The translations under genes and the position numbers were made by a program. The notes under the pieces are model-generated. The model had not been told where the DNA came from. It was given only the letters and a program-made list of their open reading frames with translations, and made no database searches. From NCBI RefSeq assembly GCF_054482525.1, contig NZ_CM137006.1: 64,000 nt of DNA. One strand, 5' to 3'. The stretch's first letter is position 1. Each line of letters opens with the position of its first letter. This document shows positions 52,211 to 62,091 of the stretch, piece by piece.

Positions 52211-53549
52211 CATAAGCGCTAACTTAAGGGTTGAACCATCTGAAGAATGCGACGCCTCGGTGCCTCGTTAAGACGATGCCTCGCGTTCTTCAATTGCGTT
52301 TTGTAGGCTGTCAGGGATACTGTCCCACGAATGGCCACCTGTAAGCTCCAGATGACCATTTTTGTTATTCTCCACAACGAGTTAGTTCTTCTTTTCGGAT
52401 CCGGCACTTCTGGGGGGGAAATCCAGCGATGGCTGGATTATGTCGTCAATTAAAAATGCGGCGAGTAGATTAGCAAATATCCACGCTTTCGCGAGTTCAG
52501 GTTCCTTTGCACGCAAAGCATCCAGGTGCAGCAAACTTTTGAGCCGCTTAAAAGCCAGTTCAATTTGCCATCGCAGACGGTAACAATCAGCCACTTGCTC
52601 TGCTGAATATTCATCTTCCGGTAATGATGTTAGCAATAGCACATGGCCCGCTGCTTCCAGCGTTTCCGCCTGAACTACTCGTCCTTTTCGACGATTCTCG
52701 CTGAGCAGTCGGGTTTTACTGATTAATGCTTTTTCGGGAGGAAGTGATACGGCAATGAGACGTGCCGGAAAGGGAGCTCCGGCTTTTTTATTACCTGAAT
52801 TGCCTATCATTACAGTGGTTTCACCGTTCTTACCGCAATCCAGCCCGCGCAGAAAACCCATCATGTCAAAGCGCATTCCTTCTGCAGTTAACCAGCGCAA
52901 TCCTCGCCAGTGAACCCGGACGATATAATCAGCTTCTCCAAAAGCAAGTGAGCGGATACATTCGGGACGCGAACCGAATCCCCGGTCAGCAATGCGTATC
53001 TCGTCTGCCGTTTGCGCAAATCGGTCCAGCCGTTCAGCGTCTCTGCTGTCGGTTAGCTCAAAATCAGTGAACTGACAGGTATGAGGATCATATCCCATAT
53101 GTAGTCGCCATTCAGCGCTGCCGCCCCCGGGCGCACTGATTGCTGTTCCATCGACAAGACGCAATCTCTTTCCGCTTGTACAACCCGTAACTGCGGCGCG
53201 TACAGCAAGTGTTTGTGCGGCAAGTATGCCAAACCAGTCGGCGGCATTCCGCAGCCGCTTCAGGAGAGCCACGTCAGATAATGTTGCAACGTCATGGAGC
53301 TGAGCCCATGCAGTGACTTCACGTAATGACATCCCCCCGGGGCCGTAAGCCAGCCCCAGACGTAGCAGAGTTGCAGCATCACGAATTTCGCGGCGGCGGG
53401 TTAGAGCCCCGGCATTACGTGCCGAAGTATCCAGTTCTTCGGGCTTACCAATATGGGCCAGAATTGCTGACCAGTTATCGTGAGAGTAATTCATCGGCAC
53501 GTTAAATCATATCAGGCGTAATACCACAACCCTTAAGTTAGCGCTTATG
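52211..53549 (-). mobile_element. IS186 (IS4 family) insertion sequence
   Basis: ~23-bp terminal inverted repeats (cataagcgctaacttaagggttg at 52211-52233, exact reverse complement at 53527-53549), flanking 11-12 bp duplication ggagatatccc, target of form GGGG-N6-CCCC. Confidence 0.85.
52382..53494 (-). CDS. IS186 transposase (DDE, IS4 family)
   Basis: ORF 52382..53500; translation from the ATG at 53494 (MNYSHDNWSAILAHIGKPEELDTSARNAGALTRRRE...) matches IS186 transposase as recalled. Confidence 0.85.
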   Translation of the reverse strand: MNYSHDNWSAILAHIGKPEELDTSARNAGALTRRREIRDAATLLRLGLAYGPGGMSLREVTAWAQLHDVATLSDVALLKRLRNAADWFGILAAQTLAVRAAVTGCTSGKRLRLVDGTAISAPGGGSAEWRLHMGYDPHTCQFTDFELTDSRDAERLDRFAQTADEIRIADRGFGSRPECIRSLAFGEADYIVRVHWRGLRWLTAEGMRFDMMGFLRGLDCGKNGETTVMIGNSGNKKAGAPFPARLIAVSLPPEKALISKTRLLSENRRKGRVVQAETLEAAGHVLLLTSLPEDEYSAEQVADCYRLRWQIELAFKRLKSLLHLDALRAKEPELAKAWIFANLLAAFLIDDIIQPSLDFPPRSAGSEKKN

Positions 53550-54496
53550 GGAGATATCCCCCATTACGATGAGGAAATGGCCACTCCCGAAACCATCGTC
53601 ACCAATCGCGATATGCTCACGGATACCCTGCTGTCAACGGAGGGTGCGCCACACTATCCGGGAATGACTCACCGGCATCAGCTTGCAGACACCGTGGTAA
53701 ACGGTTTTTCTGCCGATCCACTCCAGGCACTTCAGTCCGAAAGCCTGATTACCACGGGCGATCCGCTTTCAGGCATTGCGGCTGTCCGGCCATCGGCACC
53801 GCTGTCCGATCCGGCAAGTAATGGGGGGATCAATACGCCGTTTATGAATCTGCCGCCCATTTATGCCAGCCCCGGCGATCGTAATGATGACGTCTCTGTG
53901 GCAGAAATGGCGCAACGCCACCTTGCGGTCACCCCCTTACTGCGCGGTCTCGGCGGTTCGCTTACCGTGAGCAATTCCGACGATGCGGATGATTTTCTGG
54001 AAGAGGCCGGACGCACGTTACAGGCCGCAATAAAAGGTCTGCTCGATTTGCAGCAACAGCGTAACAGCCTCTCAGACAAACATTTGCGCCCGCTGGAAGA
54101 TAACCCGCTGCGCCTGAACATGGATTACGCCACCGCGCTCGACGTGATGTTTGCCGAAGGTAAAAGTCCGGTACATCTGGCGGCTCCCGCCGCTGTCAGT
54201 GAAAGCCTGCGCAATGTCCGCCACCACGAAGAAGCTAACCGGGCAGCGATTGTGGAGTCGCTTCGTGTCCTGCTGGATGCTTTCTCACCACAAAATCTGC
54301 TGCGCCGCTTTGTGCAGTACCGCCGCAGCCATGAACTGCGCCAGCCGCTGGATGATGCCGGAGCATGGCAAATGTACAGCCATTATTACGAAGAACTGGC
54401 CTCCGATCGCCAGCAGGGGTTTGAGATGCTGTTTAACGAGGTCTACGCCCAGGTCTATGACCGGGTGCTTCGTGAAAAACAGCGGGAGCCGGAAGC

Positions 54497-55021
54497 ATGA
54501 ACAGGAAGGCGTTTCTGGCCTGCGTGCTGATGTGCGTCATATTAACCGGCTGCGAAACGGCGAAAAAAATCAGCGAGGTGATCAAAAACCCGGATATCCA
54601 GGTCGGGAGCCTGAAGGAGCAACCTTCGGAAATAACCGTCACCCTGCTGACCGAACCGGACACCAATACCAATGCGGAGGGTGAATCAGCCGCCGTGGAT
54701 GTGCAACTGGTGTACCTGACTGACGACTCAAAATTGCTGGCAGCCGACTATGACCAGATAGCCAGTACGCCGCTACCGGATGTGCTGGGTAAAAACTATA
54801 TCGACCACCAGGATTTCAACCTGTTGCCGGACACCATCAAAACCCTGCCGCCGGTAAAGCTGGATGAGAAAACGCAGTTTATTGGTGTCGTGGCCTATTT
54901 CTCCGATGACCAGGCCACTGAATGGAAACAAATCGAGACGGTGGAAGGAACCGGCCACCATTACCGCCTGCTGGTGCATGTACGTCAAAGCAGCATCGAA
55001 ATGAAAAAAGAGGATGAATAA
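54497..55021 (+). CDS. tssJ: T6SS outer-membrane lipoprotein TssJ
   Basis: 174 aa with lipoprotein signal (ILTGC lipobox). Confidence 0.8.
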   Translation: MNRKAFLACVLMCVILTGCETAKKISEVIKNPDIQVGSLKEQPSEITVTLLTEPDTNTNAEGESAAVDVQLVYLTDDSKLLAADYDQIASTPLPDVLGKNYIDHQDFNLLPDTIKTLPPVKLDEKTQFIGVVAYFSDDQATEWKQIETVEGTGHHYRLLVHVRQSSIEMKKEDE

Positions 55022-55023
55022 TT

Positions 55024-56355
55024 ATGGCAACCACCCGCAACAAGGTGATGTGGCAGGAAGGGATGCTGATGCGCCCACACCACTTCCAGCAACAGCAGCG
55101 TTACAACGACTACCTGGATAACCAGCGTTTCCGGGCCATGAATGATTTATCCTGGGGATTTACCGAACTCACCCTCAACAATGAACTGCTGGCGCAGGGT
55201 AAGATCATGATTGACAGCGCGTCAGGCACACTGCCCGACGGCACCGTCTTTTCTATCCCCGACCAGGACGCACTGCCCGATCCGCTGCACCCGCAACATT
55301 TTCCGGACGAAAGAAGCCGCAATATTTACCTCGCTCTGCCGGTCGCCAGTGATGTGAGAAATGAAATCAGCGACGGGCGGCGAATCGGGCGTTACCGGCT
55401 GAATTATGCCGATGTCCGGGATCTGCATTCAGAAGAAGGTGACGCGCGAACACTGACGCTGGGTCAACTGACGCCGCGCATTATGAGCGGTGCAGAAGAT
55501 ATGAGCGCCTATATTACGCTCCCGCTTTGCCGTATCAGCGATCGCCATGCCGACGGCTCCCTGACGCTGGATGACGATTTTATCCCCTCCTGCCAGAATA
55601 TTCAGGTCAGTAAGAAACTGCGTGTTTATCTCAAAGAGGTACAGGGGGCCATTGGCGGACGGGCAAGCGATCTGGCAAACCGCATTGGCTCTCCGGCGCA
55701 GAGCGGCATCGCGGATGTGGCGGAATTTATGATGTTGCAGTTACTTAACCGTAACCAGACCCGGTTTACCCATCGCGCTCGTCGATCCCAGCTCCACCCG
55801 GAAGATTTCTACCTTGATCTTGCCGGGTTGCTGGGTGAACTGATGACCTTTACCGAGCCGTCGCGCCTGCCCTGCCCGCTTGATGTGTATGATCATCATG
55901 ACCTGACCAAAACATTTAAAACGCTGTTACCGGAAGTCAAACGGGCGCTGCATACCGTACTGTCGCCAAGAGCCGTTAATCTGCCGCTGCATCTGCGTGA
56001 CGGTATCAGGCAGGCCGATATTCATGACACAGAACTGCTGCAATCTGCCACCTTTGTGCTGGCCGTGGCGGCAAACATGCCGGTCGATCAGATCCAGCGC
56101 CAGTTTATCCAGCAGTCGAAAATTTCCTCGCCGGAAAAAATCCGCAATATGGTCAGTGTGCAGATACCCGGCATTCCATTGCGTGCCCTGATGGTGGCTC
56201 CCCGCCAGCTTCCTTACCATTCCGGGTTCAGCTATTTCGAACTCGACAAAAGCGGCCAGGCCTGGGCTGAAATAGCTGCCGCCGGGGCCGTTGCACTGCA
56301 TGTCTCCGGCAGTTTTCCGGACCTGAATATGCAACTGTGGGCGATAAGAGGGTAA
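55024..56355 (+). CDS. tssK: T6SS baseplate protein TssK
   Basis: 443 aa; N-terminus VMWQEGMLMRPHHFQQQ typical of TssK. Confidence 0.85.
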   Translation: MATTRNKVMWQEGMLMRPHHFQQQQRYNDYLDNQRFRAMNDLSWGFTELTLNNELLAQGKIMIDSASGTLPDGTVFSIPDQDALPDPLHPQHFPDERSRNIYLALPVASDVRNEISDGRRIGRYRLNYADVRDLHSEEGDARTLTLGQLTPRIMSGAEDMSAYITLPLCRISDRHADGSLTLDDDFIPSCQNIQVSKKLRVYLKEVQGAIGGRASDLANRIGSPAQSGIADVAEFMMLQLLNRNQTRFTHRARRSQLHPEDFYLDLAGLLGELMTFTEPSRLPCPLDVYDHHDLTKTFKTLLPEVKRALHTVLSPRAVNLPLHLRDGIRQADIHDTELLQSATFVLAVAANMPVDQIQRQFIQQSKISSPEKIRNMVSVQIPGIPLRALMVAPRQLPYHSGFSYFELDKSGQAWAEIAAAGAVALHVSGSFPDLNMQLWAIRG

Positions 56356-56359
56356 GACG

Positions 56360-57121
56360 ATGGATGAGGAGTCACTGTCTCTGCCACCATTTATCGGACA
56401 CGACGAAAAAGGCCAGCGCGACTACCATCTCGCGCTTCGTGGCAACAGCCTGAATCCGATGATCGACGCAGCCACGCCGCTCCTCGGTATGGTGATGCGC
56501 CTTTCAACCATGAACAGCCAGACGATGCCGGAGCATCTTTTTGCTCAGGTGGTGACGGATGTTCAGGCCGTGGAGCAACTGCTTCAGGAGCAGGGCTACG
56601 AACCGGGCGTGATTATCTCGTTTCGCTACATCCTCTGCACGTTTATTGATGAAGCGGCGCTCGGTAACGGCTGGTCGAACAAGAACGAGTGGATCAAGCA
56701 GTCATTGCTGGTCCATTTCCACAACGAAGCCTGGGGTGGAGAGAAAGTTTTCATCCTGCTGGAGCGCCTGATCCGTGAACCCAAACGTTACCAGGATCTG
56801 CTGGAATTTCTCTGGCTCTGTTTTTCTCTGGGATTTCGCGGGCGCTACAAAGTGGCAGCACAGGATCAGGGGGAATTTGAGCAGATCTACCGCCGCCTGT
56901 ACCACGTCCTGCATAAACTACGCGGCGATGCCCCTTTCCCGCTGTTACACAAGGACAAAAAAACCCAGGGCGGGCGTTATCAGCTCATCAGTCGCCTGAC
57001 CATTAAACATATTTTTTGTGGTGGCGTTGTCGTGCTGGCGTTGTTTTACCTGTTCTATCTGTTGCGGCTGGACAGCCAGACGCAGGACATCCTGCACCAG
57101 CTAAACAAATTACTTCGATAA
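56360..57121 (+). CDS. tssL: T6SS membrane complex protein TssL (DotU/IcmH-like)
   Basis: 253 aa with C-terminal TM segment (VVVLALFYLFYLL). Confidence 0.8.
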   Translation: MDEESLSLPPFIGHDEKGQRDYHLALRGNSLNPMIDAATPLLGMVMRLSTMNSQTMPEHLFAQVVTDVQAVEQLLQEQGYEPGVIISFRYILCTFIDEAALGNGWSNKNEWIKQSLLVHFHNEAWGGEKVFILLERLIREPKRYQDLLEFLWLCFSLGFRGRYKVAAQDQGEFEQIYRRLYHVLHKLRGDAPFPLLHKDKKTQGGRYQLISRLTIKHIFCGGVVVLALFYLFYLLRLDSQTQDILHQLNKLLR

Positions 57122-57129
57122 GGACGTTT

Positions 57130-59913
57130 ATGATCCAGATTGATCTTCCCACGCTGGTAAAACGGCTTAACCTGTTCTCCCGCCAGGCGCTGGAGATGGC
57201 CGCCTCTGAATGTATGAGCCAGCAGGCAGCGGAAATTACCGTCAGCCATGTGCTTATTCAGATGCTCGCCATGCCACGCAGCGACCTGCGGGTTATTACC
57301 CGCCAGGGCGATATTGGCATGGAAGAGTTGCGCCAGGCGCTGACGGTGGAGAACTACACAACTGCCCGTTCTGCGGACAGCTACCCGGCATTTTCCCCGA
57401 TGCTGGTTGAGTGGCTGAAAGAGGGCTGGCTGCTGGCGTCGGCTGAGATGCAGCACAGCGAATTGCGTGGCGGCGTGTTGCTGCTGGCCCTGCTGCATTC
57501 GCCGCTGCGTTATATACCGCCTGCTGCCGCCCGGTTGTTGACCGGCATTAACCGTGACCGTCTGCAACAGGACTTTGTACAGTGGACACAGGAGTCGGCG
57601 GAATCAGTCGTGCCGGATGCAGACGGTAAAGTCGCAGGCACACTGACGGACGCTGCTGACACCCTGCTTGCCCGCTACGCCAAAAACATGACCGCAGACG
57701 CCCGTAACGGCAGGCTTGACCCGGTACTGTGCCGCGACCACGAAATCGACCTGATGATCGACATTCTCTGCCGCCGCCGCAAGAACAACCCGGTGGTGGT
57801 GGGCGAAGCAGGCGTGGGTAAAAGTGCCTTAATCGAAGGGCTGGCGCTGCGCATCGTGGCAGGCCAGGTGCCGGACAAACTGAAAAACACCGATATCATG
57901 ACCCTTGACCTGGGCGCATTGCAGGCCGGGGCGTCGGTGAAGGGCGAATTCGAAAAACGCTTCAAGGGGCTGATGGCGGAGGTCATTTCCTCTCCGGTGC
58001 CGGTCATTCTGTTTATTGACGAAGCACATACCCTGATTGGCGCGGGCAACCAGCAGGGCGGGCTGGATATCTCCAACCTGCTCAAACCGGCGCTGGCGCG
58101 CGGCGAACTGAAAACCATCGCCGCCACCACCTGGAGCGAATACAAAAAATACTTCGAGAAAGATGCCGCCCTGTCGCGCCGCTTCCAGCTGGTGAAGGTC
58201 AGCGAACCCAACGCCGCCGAAGCCACCATTATTCTGCGTGGTCTGTCGGCGGTCTATGAACAGTCTCACGGCGTGCTGATTGATGATGACGCCTTGCAGG
58301 CCGCAGCAACGCTGAGCGAACGTTATCTCTCCGGGCGTCAGTTGCCGGACAAAGCCATTGATGTGCTGGATACCGCCTGCGCCCGCGTCGCCATTAACCT
58401 TTCCTCGCCGCCGAAGCAAATCTCGGCGCTGACCACTCTGAGCCACCAGCAGGAGGCGGAAATTCGCCAGCTTGAGCGCGAGCTTCGCATCGGGCTGCGT
58501 ACCAACACCTCACGGATGACCGAGGTGCTGGTGCAGTACGATGAAACGCTGACGGCGCTGGATGAACTGGAAGCGGCCTGGCATCAGCAGCAGGCGCTGG
58601 TCCGGGAGATTATCGCGCTGCGCCAGCAGTTGCTGGGCGTGGCAGAAGACGATGCGGCGTCGTTGCCGGACGCAGATGCCGCGGAGGATACGCCGCCAGA
58701 GTCAGAGTCAGAGTCAGAGTCAGAGTCAGAACAGGATAATACCGGTGCCGTACCGGCTGATGAGGCCGACAGAGAACAGCCGGAAGAGACCGCTGAAACA
58801 GTTTCCCCGGTACAGCGGCTGGCCCAGCTCACTGCCGAACTGGACGCCCTGCATAACGACCGGTTGCTGGTCTCCCCGCACGTCGATAAAAAACAGATTG
58901 CGGCGGTGATTGCCGAATGGACCGGCGTGCCGCTCAACCGCCTGTCGCAGAATGAAATGTCGGTCATCACCGACCTGCCGAAATGGCTGGGCGACACCAT
59001 CAAAGGCCAAGACCTGGCGATTGCCAGCCTGCATAAGCATCTACTGACCGCACGCGCCGACCTGCGTCGTCCGGGACGCCCGCTCGGTGCGTTCCTGCTG
59101 GCTGGCCCCAGCGGTGTGGGTAAAACCGAAACCGTCCTGCAACTGGCAGAGCTGCTCTACGGCGGTCGCCAGTACCTGACCACCATCAATATGTCCGAGT
59201 TCCAGGAGAAACACACCGTCTCGCGGCTGATTGGCTCCCCTCCGGGCTATGTCGGCTATGGCGAAGGCGGCGTACTGACCGAAGCGATCCGCCAGAAACC
59301 CTACTCGGTGGTGCTGCTCGATGAAGTGGAAAAAGCGCACCCGGATGTCCTCAACCTGTTCTACCAGGCGTTCGACAAGGGCGAGATGGCAGACGGCGAA
59401 GGCCGCCTGATTGACTGTAAAAACATCGTTTTCTTCCTCACCTCCAACCTTGGTTATCAGGTGATTGTCGAACACGCCGATGACCCGGAAACCATGCAGG
59501 AAGCCCTCTATCCGGTGCTGGCGGACTTCTTTAAACCTGCCTTGCTGGCGCGCATGGAAGTGGTGCCTTACATGCCGCTGTCGAAAGAGACGCTCGCTAC
59601 CATTATTGCCGGGAAACTGGCCCGCCTGGATAACGTGCTGCGCAGCCGCTTTGGCGCGGACGTGATTATTGAGCCGGAAGTGACGGACGAAATCATGAGC
59701 CGTGTCACCCGCGCTGAAAACGGCGCAAGGATGCTCGAATCGGTCATCGATGGCGACATGCTACCGCCGCTCTCGCTGCTGCTGTTGCAGAAAATGGCGG
59801 CTAACACGGCGATTGCCCGGATTCGGTTGTCGGCGGTGGACGACGCATTTACGGCAGACGTGGAAGATGCTCAGAACGACGAGTCCGTCACAAAGGATGA
59901 AACGGTTTTATGA
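57130..59913 (+). CDS. clpV: T6SS AAA+ ATPase ClpV (TssH)
   Basis: ORF 57016..59913; ATG at 57130 gives a Clp/Hsp100-type protein with two Walker A motifs (GEAGVGKSAL, GPSGVGKTET). Confidence 0.9.
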   Translation: MIQIDLPTLVKRLNLFSRQALEMAASECMSQQAAEITVSHVLIQMLAMPRSDLRVITRQGDIGMEELRQALTVENYTTARSADSYPAFSPMLVEWLKEGWLLASAEMQHSELRGGVLLLALLHSPLRYIPPAAARLLTGINRDRLQQDFVQWTQESAESVVPDADGKVAGTLTDAADTLLARYAKNMTADARNGRLDPVLCRDHEIDLMIDILCRRRKNNPVVVGEAGVGKSALIEGLALRIVAGQVPDKLKNTDIMTLDLGALQAGASVKGEFEKRFKGLMAEVISSPVPVILFIDEAHTLIGAGNQQGGLDISNLLKPALARGELKTIAATTWSEYKKYFEKDAALSRRFQLVKVSEPNAAEATIILRGLSAVYEQSHGVLIDDDALQAAATLSERYLSGRQLPDKAIDVLDTACARVAINLSSPPKQISALTTLSHQQEAEIRQLERELRIGLRTNTSRMTEVLVQYDETLTALDELEAAWHQQQALVREIIALRQQLLGVAEDDAASLPDADAAEDTPPESESESESESEQDNTGAVPADEADREQPEETAETVSPVQRLAQLTAELDALHNDRLLVSPHVDKKQIAAVIAEWTGVPLNRLSQNEMSVITDLPKWLGDTIKGQDLAIASLHKHLLTARADLRRPGRPLGAFLLAGPSGVGKTETVLQLAELLYGGRQYLTTINMSEFQEKHTVSRLIGSPPGYVGYGEGGVLTEAIRQKPYSVVLLDEVEKAHPDVLNLFYQAFDKGEMADGEGRLIDCKNIVFFLTSNLGYQVIVEHADDPETMQEALYPVLADFFKPALLARMEVVPYMPLSKETLATIIAGKLARLDNVLRSRFGADVIIEPEVTDEIMSRVTRAENGARMLESVIDGDMLPPLSLLLLQKMAANTAIARIRLSAVDDAFTADVEDAQNDESVTKDETVL
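58699..58728 (+). repeat. in-frame hexanucleotide tandem repeat (gagtca)x5 encoding (Glu-Ser)5 inside clpV
   Basis: Five exact gagtca units read directly; translated as ESESESESES in the ClpV inter-domain region. Confidence 0.8.
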
Positions 59914-60653
59914 GCAGGTTGCGCGTTTTCCGGCAGACAGGATGGTTTATCGCGGGCCTGATGACGGGCTTACCCGCCACTGCCGCGCCCGCAGAAACAT
60001 CGTCAATGGCCGGTGTGGCGGTCGCCGTCGCCACCACGACCCCGCCGGATGCGACAGCCACGTTACAGGCCATGCAGTCCTGTCGGCGGGAGTCCGCGGC
60101 GCTGGAGCGGCTTGACTGCTATGACCGCCTGCTGGCACCGCTGTCCCCGTCAGGGTTTGACGGGGCGCTGGTCAAAGCCGGTTTTGTGGGCGAGGCCTGG
60201 ACCCGCGCCACAGAGCAGGAAAAACGCCGCGAGGGCAACACCACAGAACTGCTGGTGACGCAGGTGCCGGGGGAGCGCCCGACGGTGGTGATAACCACCC
60301 CGGCTATCGGCCATGTTCCGCCGCGCCCGGTGCTGATGTTCAGTTGCGTGGACAATATCACCCGGATGCAGGTGGCGCTGATGCCCCCTCTGGATGTCCA
60401 TGATATCGCCGTCACTCTGAATGCCGACAGCCGGGCATTGCGTAGCCACTGGTTTGTGCGCGAGAACGGCACCCTGCTGGAGTCCAGCCGGGGGCTGTCC
60501 GGGATTGATGAAATTAAGCAACTGTTCGGCGCAAAAACGCTGACAGTGGATACCGGCGCAGATAACGCCGCAGGAAAGCTGACCTTTAACATTGACGGGC
60601 TGGCAAGGGCGATTGCCCCCCTGCGCGATGCCTGCCACTGGGCGGGAGAATAA
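59910..60653 (+). CDS. T6SS-associated secreted protein (VasI-like by position; family unverified)
   Basis: 247 aa with N-terminal signal-like segment; start overlaps clpV stop; sits between clpV and tssA as VasI does in Vibrio-type clusters. Confidence 0.45.
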   Translation: MSRLRVFRQTGWFIAGLMTGLPATAAPAETSSMAGVAVAVATTTPPDATATLQAMQSCRRESAALERLDCYDRLLAPLSPSGFDGALVKAGFVGEAWTRATEQEKRREGNTTELLVTQVPGERPTVVITTPAIGHVPPRPVLMFSCVDNITRMQVALMPPLDVHDIAVTLNADSRALRSHWFVRENGTLLESSRGLSGIDEIKQLFGAKTLTVDTGADNAAGKLTFNIDGLARAIAPLRDACHWAGE

Positions 60654-60657
60654 AAAT

Positions 60658-62073
60658 ATGGCAATGGACTTACGCGATCCGAATGTCTGGATGTCGCACC
60701 TGATGGAAAATCTGCAGGAAGAGAAACTGGCATCGGCGCTGAAAGATGACACCCCGGACTGGGAATATATCGACGGCGAAATCGTCAAGCTGGGGTCACT
60801 GGCCCACAGCCAACTGGATATCCCGGAACTCCAGCGCCGGGGGCTGGTCCTTCTGGCTTCGGAGAGTAAGGATTTTCGTCTGCTGGCGCATCTGCTGAGA
60901 ACCCTGCAACACGCCGGTGATCCTCATCTCGCATTGCGCCTGCTGGCGCTGTATGTGGAGCATTACTGGGTGGTGGCCGCGCCGCAGAATATGGCGCATA
61001 AAAAACGCTTTGCCAGCCAGGTCATTAAACGCTTTGCAACAGGTATTGAAGGCTTTTCACAGAACGCAGCCACAGCGCAGCGCGATGCGCTATTAGGTGA
61101 ACTGGCGAAACTGGCGCAGTGCTGGCAGTCACATAACGCCCCGGAACTGGCACAGGCTACTGATGATCTTTTTGCCCTGTACCAGCGTGCGTTTAACCGT
61201 GCGGTACCGGCTCCTGTCCCCACTCTGGCGGCCTCCGGTAGTTCACCACAGACCACCACCACGTCTGAAAGCGGCGTGACGCAAACCAGTACTCCGGCTC
61301 CACAGATCGCCATCGACAGTCACGACGACAAAGCCTGGCGCGACACGCTGTTAAAAGTGGCGGCCATTTTATGTGAACGCCAACCGGACTCGCCGCAGGG
61401 CTATCGCCTGCGCCGCTATGCCCTGTGGCAATCCATCACCAGTACGCCCCAGGCAGAAAGCGATGGACGAACCCCACTGGCCGCGGTCTCCGCCGATATG
61501 GTTGCAGATTACCATGCTCAGCTCGGTAGTGCCGATATGGCGCTGTGGCAGCAGGTGGAAAAAAGCGTATTGCTGGCACCCTACTGGCTGGACGGTCACT
61601 GCATTTCTGCACAGACGGCGCACCGTCTTGGCTATACCGCCGCGGCCGATGCCATCCGCGATGAAGTCGTTTCCTTTCTTGGCCGTCTGCCCGCTCTTGC
61701 CGATCTTCTCTTTAACGACCGCACACCGTTTGTTTCAGAAAAAACTAAGCAGTGGCTTGCGTCTCAGGCTGGCAACCCGGCAGCTCCGGTCATACAGGCG
61801 AGTAATGAAGATATTCAAGCTGCGCGAGCGTGTTTTGATGAACATGGGCTGGAGGCCGCCTTACGGTATCTAAACACTTTGCCCGATGGTGACCCTCGCA
61901 ACCAGTTTCATCGCCAGTATTTTAGTGCGCAGCTTATGGAAGAGGCGGGACTGATACAGCTTGCACAGCAGCAGTACCGAATGCTGTTCAGGTTGGCTGG
62001 AGAAATGATGGTTATTGACTGGGAGCCGTCTTTACTTACGCAGCTCGAACAAAAATTCACGGCAGAATACTAA
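60658..62073 (+). CDS. tssA: T6SS protein TssA (ImpA-family, VasJ-like)
   Basis: ORF 60592..62073; ATG at 60658 (MAMDLRDPNVWMSHL...); position directly upstream of tssM. Confidence 0.65.
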   Translation: MAMDLRDPNVWMSHLMENLQEEKLASALKDDTPDWEYIDGEIVKLGSLAHSQLDIPELQRRGLVLLASESKDFRLLAHLLRTLQHAGDPHLALRLLALYVEHYWVVAAPQNMAHKKRFASQVIKRFATGIEGFSQNAATAQRDALLGELAKLAQCWQSHNAPELAQATDDLFALYQRAFNRAVPAPVPTLAASGSSPQTTTTSESGVTQTSTPAPQIAIDSHDDKAWRDTLLKVAAILCERQPDSPQGYRLRRYALWQSITSTPQAESDGRTPLAAVSADMVADYHAQLGSADMALWQQVEKSVLLAPYWLDGHCISAQTAHRLGYTAAADAIRDEVVSFLGRLPALADLLFNDRTPFVSEKTKQWLASQAGNPAAPVIQASNEDIQAARACFDEHGLEAALRYLNTLPDGDPRNQFHRQYFSAQLMEEAGLIQLAQQQYRMLFRLAGEMMVIDWEPSLLTQLEQKFTAEY

Positions 62074-62091
62074 GCGATAACAGGAGTTTGT

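Larger units (their letters stand above)
51850..54500 (+). pseudogene. T6SS FHA-domain protein (TagH/Fha-like) interrupted by IS186
   Basis: N-terminal ORF 51850..52215 has an FHA-type domain and ends ...LNRGDIP inside the IS end; ORF 53547..54500 resumes in frame after the target-site duplication. Confidence 0.75.

Noticed and set aside
53547-53560. Apparent ATG start (MGDIPHY) of the ORF following IS186
   Set aside because: The ATG is formed by the IS terminal repeat and the duplicated target site; the ORF is the C-terminal part of the interrupted FHA-domain gene, not an independent start.
56702-56914. 70-aa minus-strand ORF inside tssL
   Set aside because: Antisense to a supported T6SS gene.
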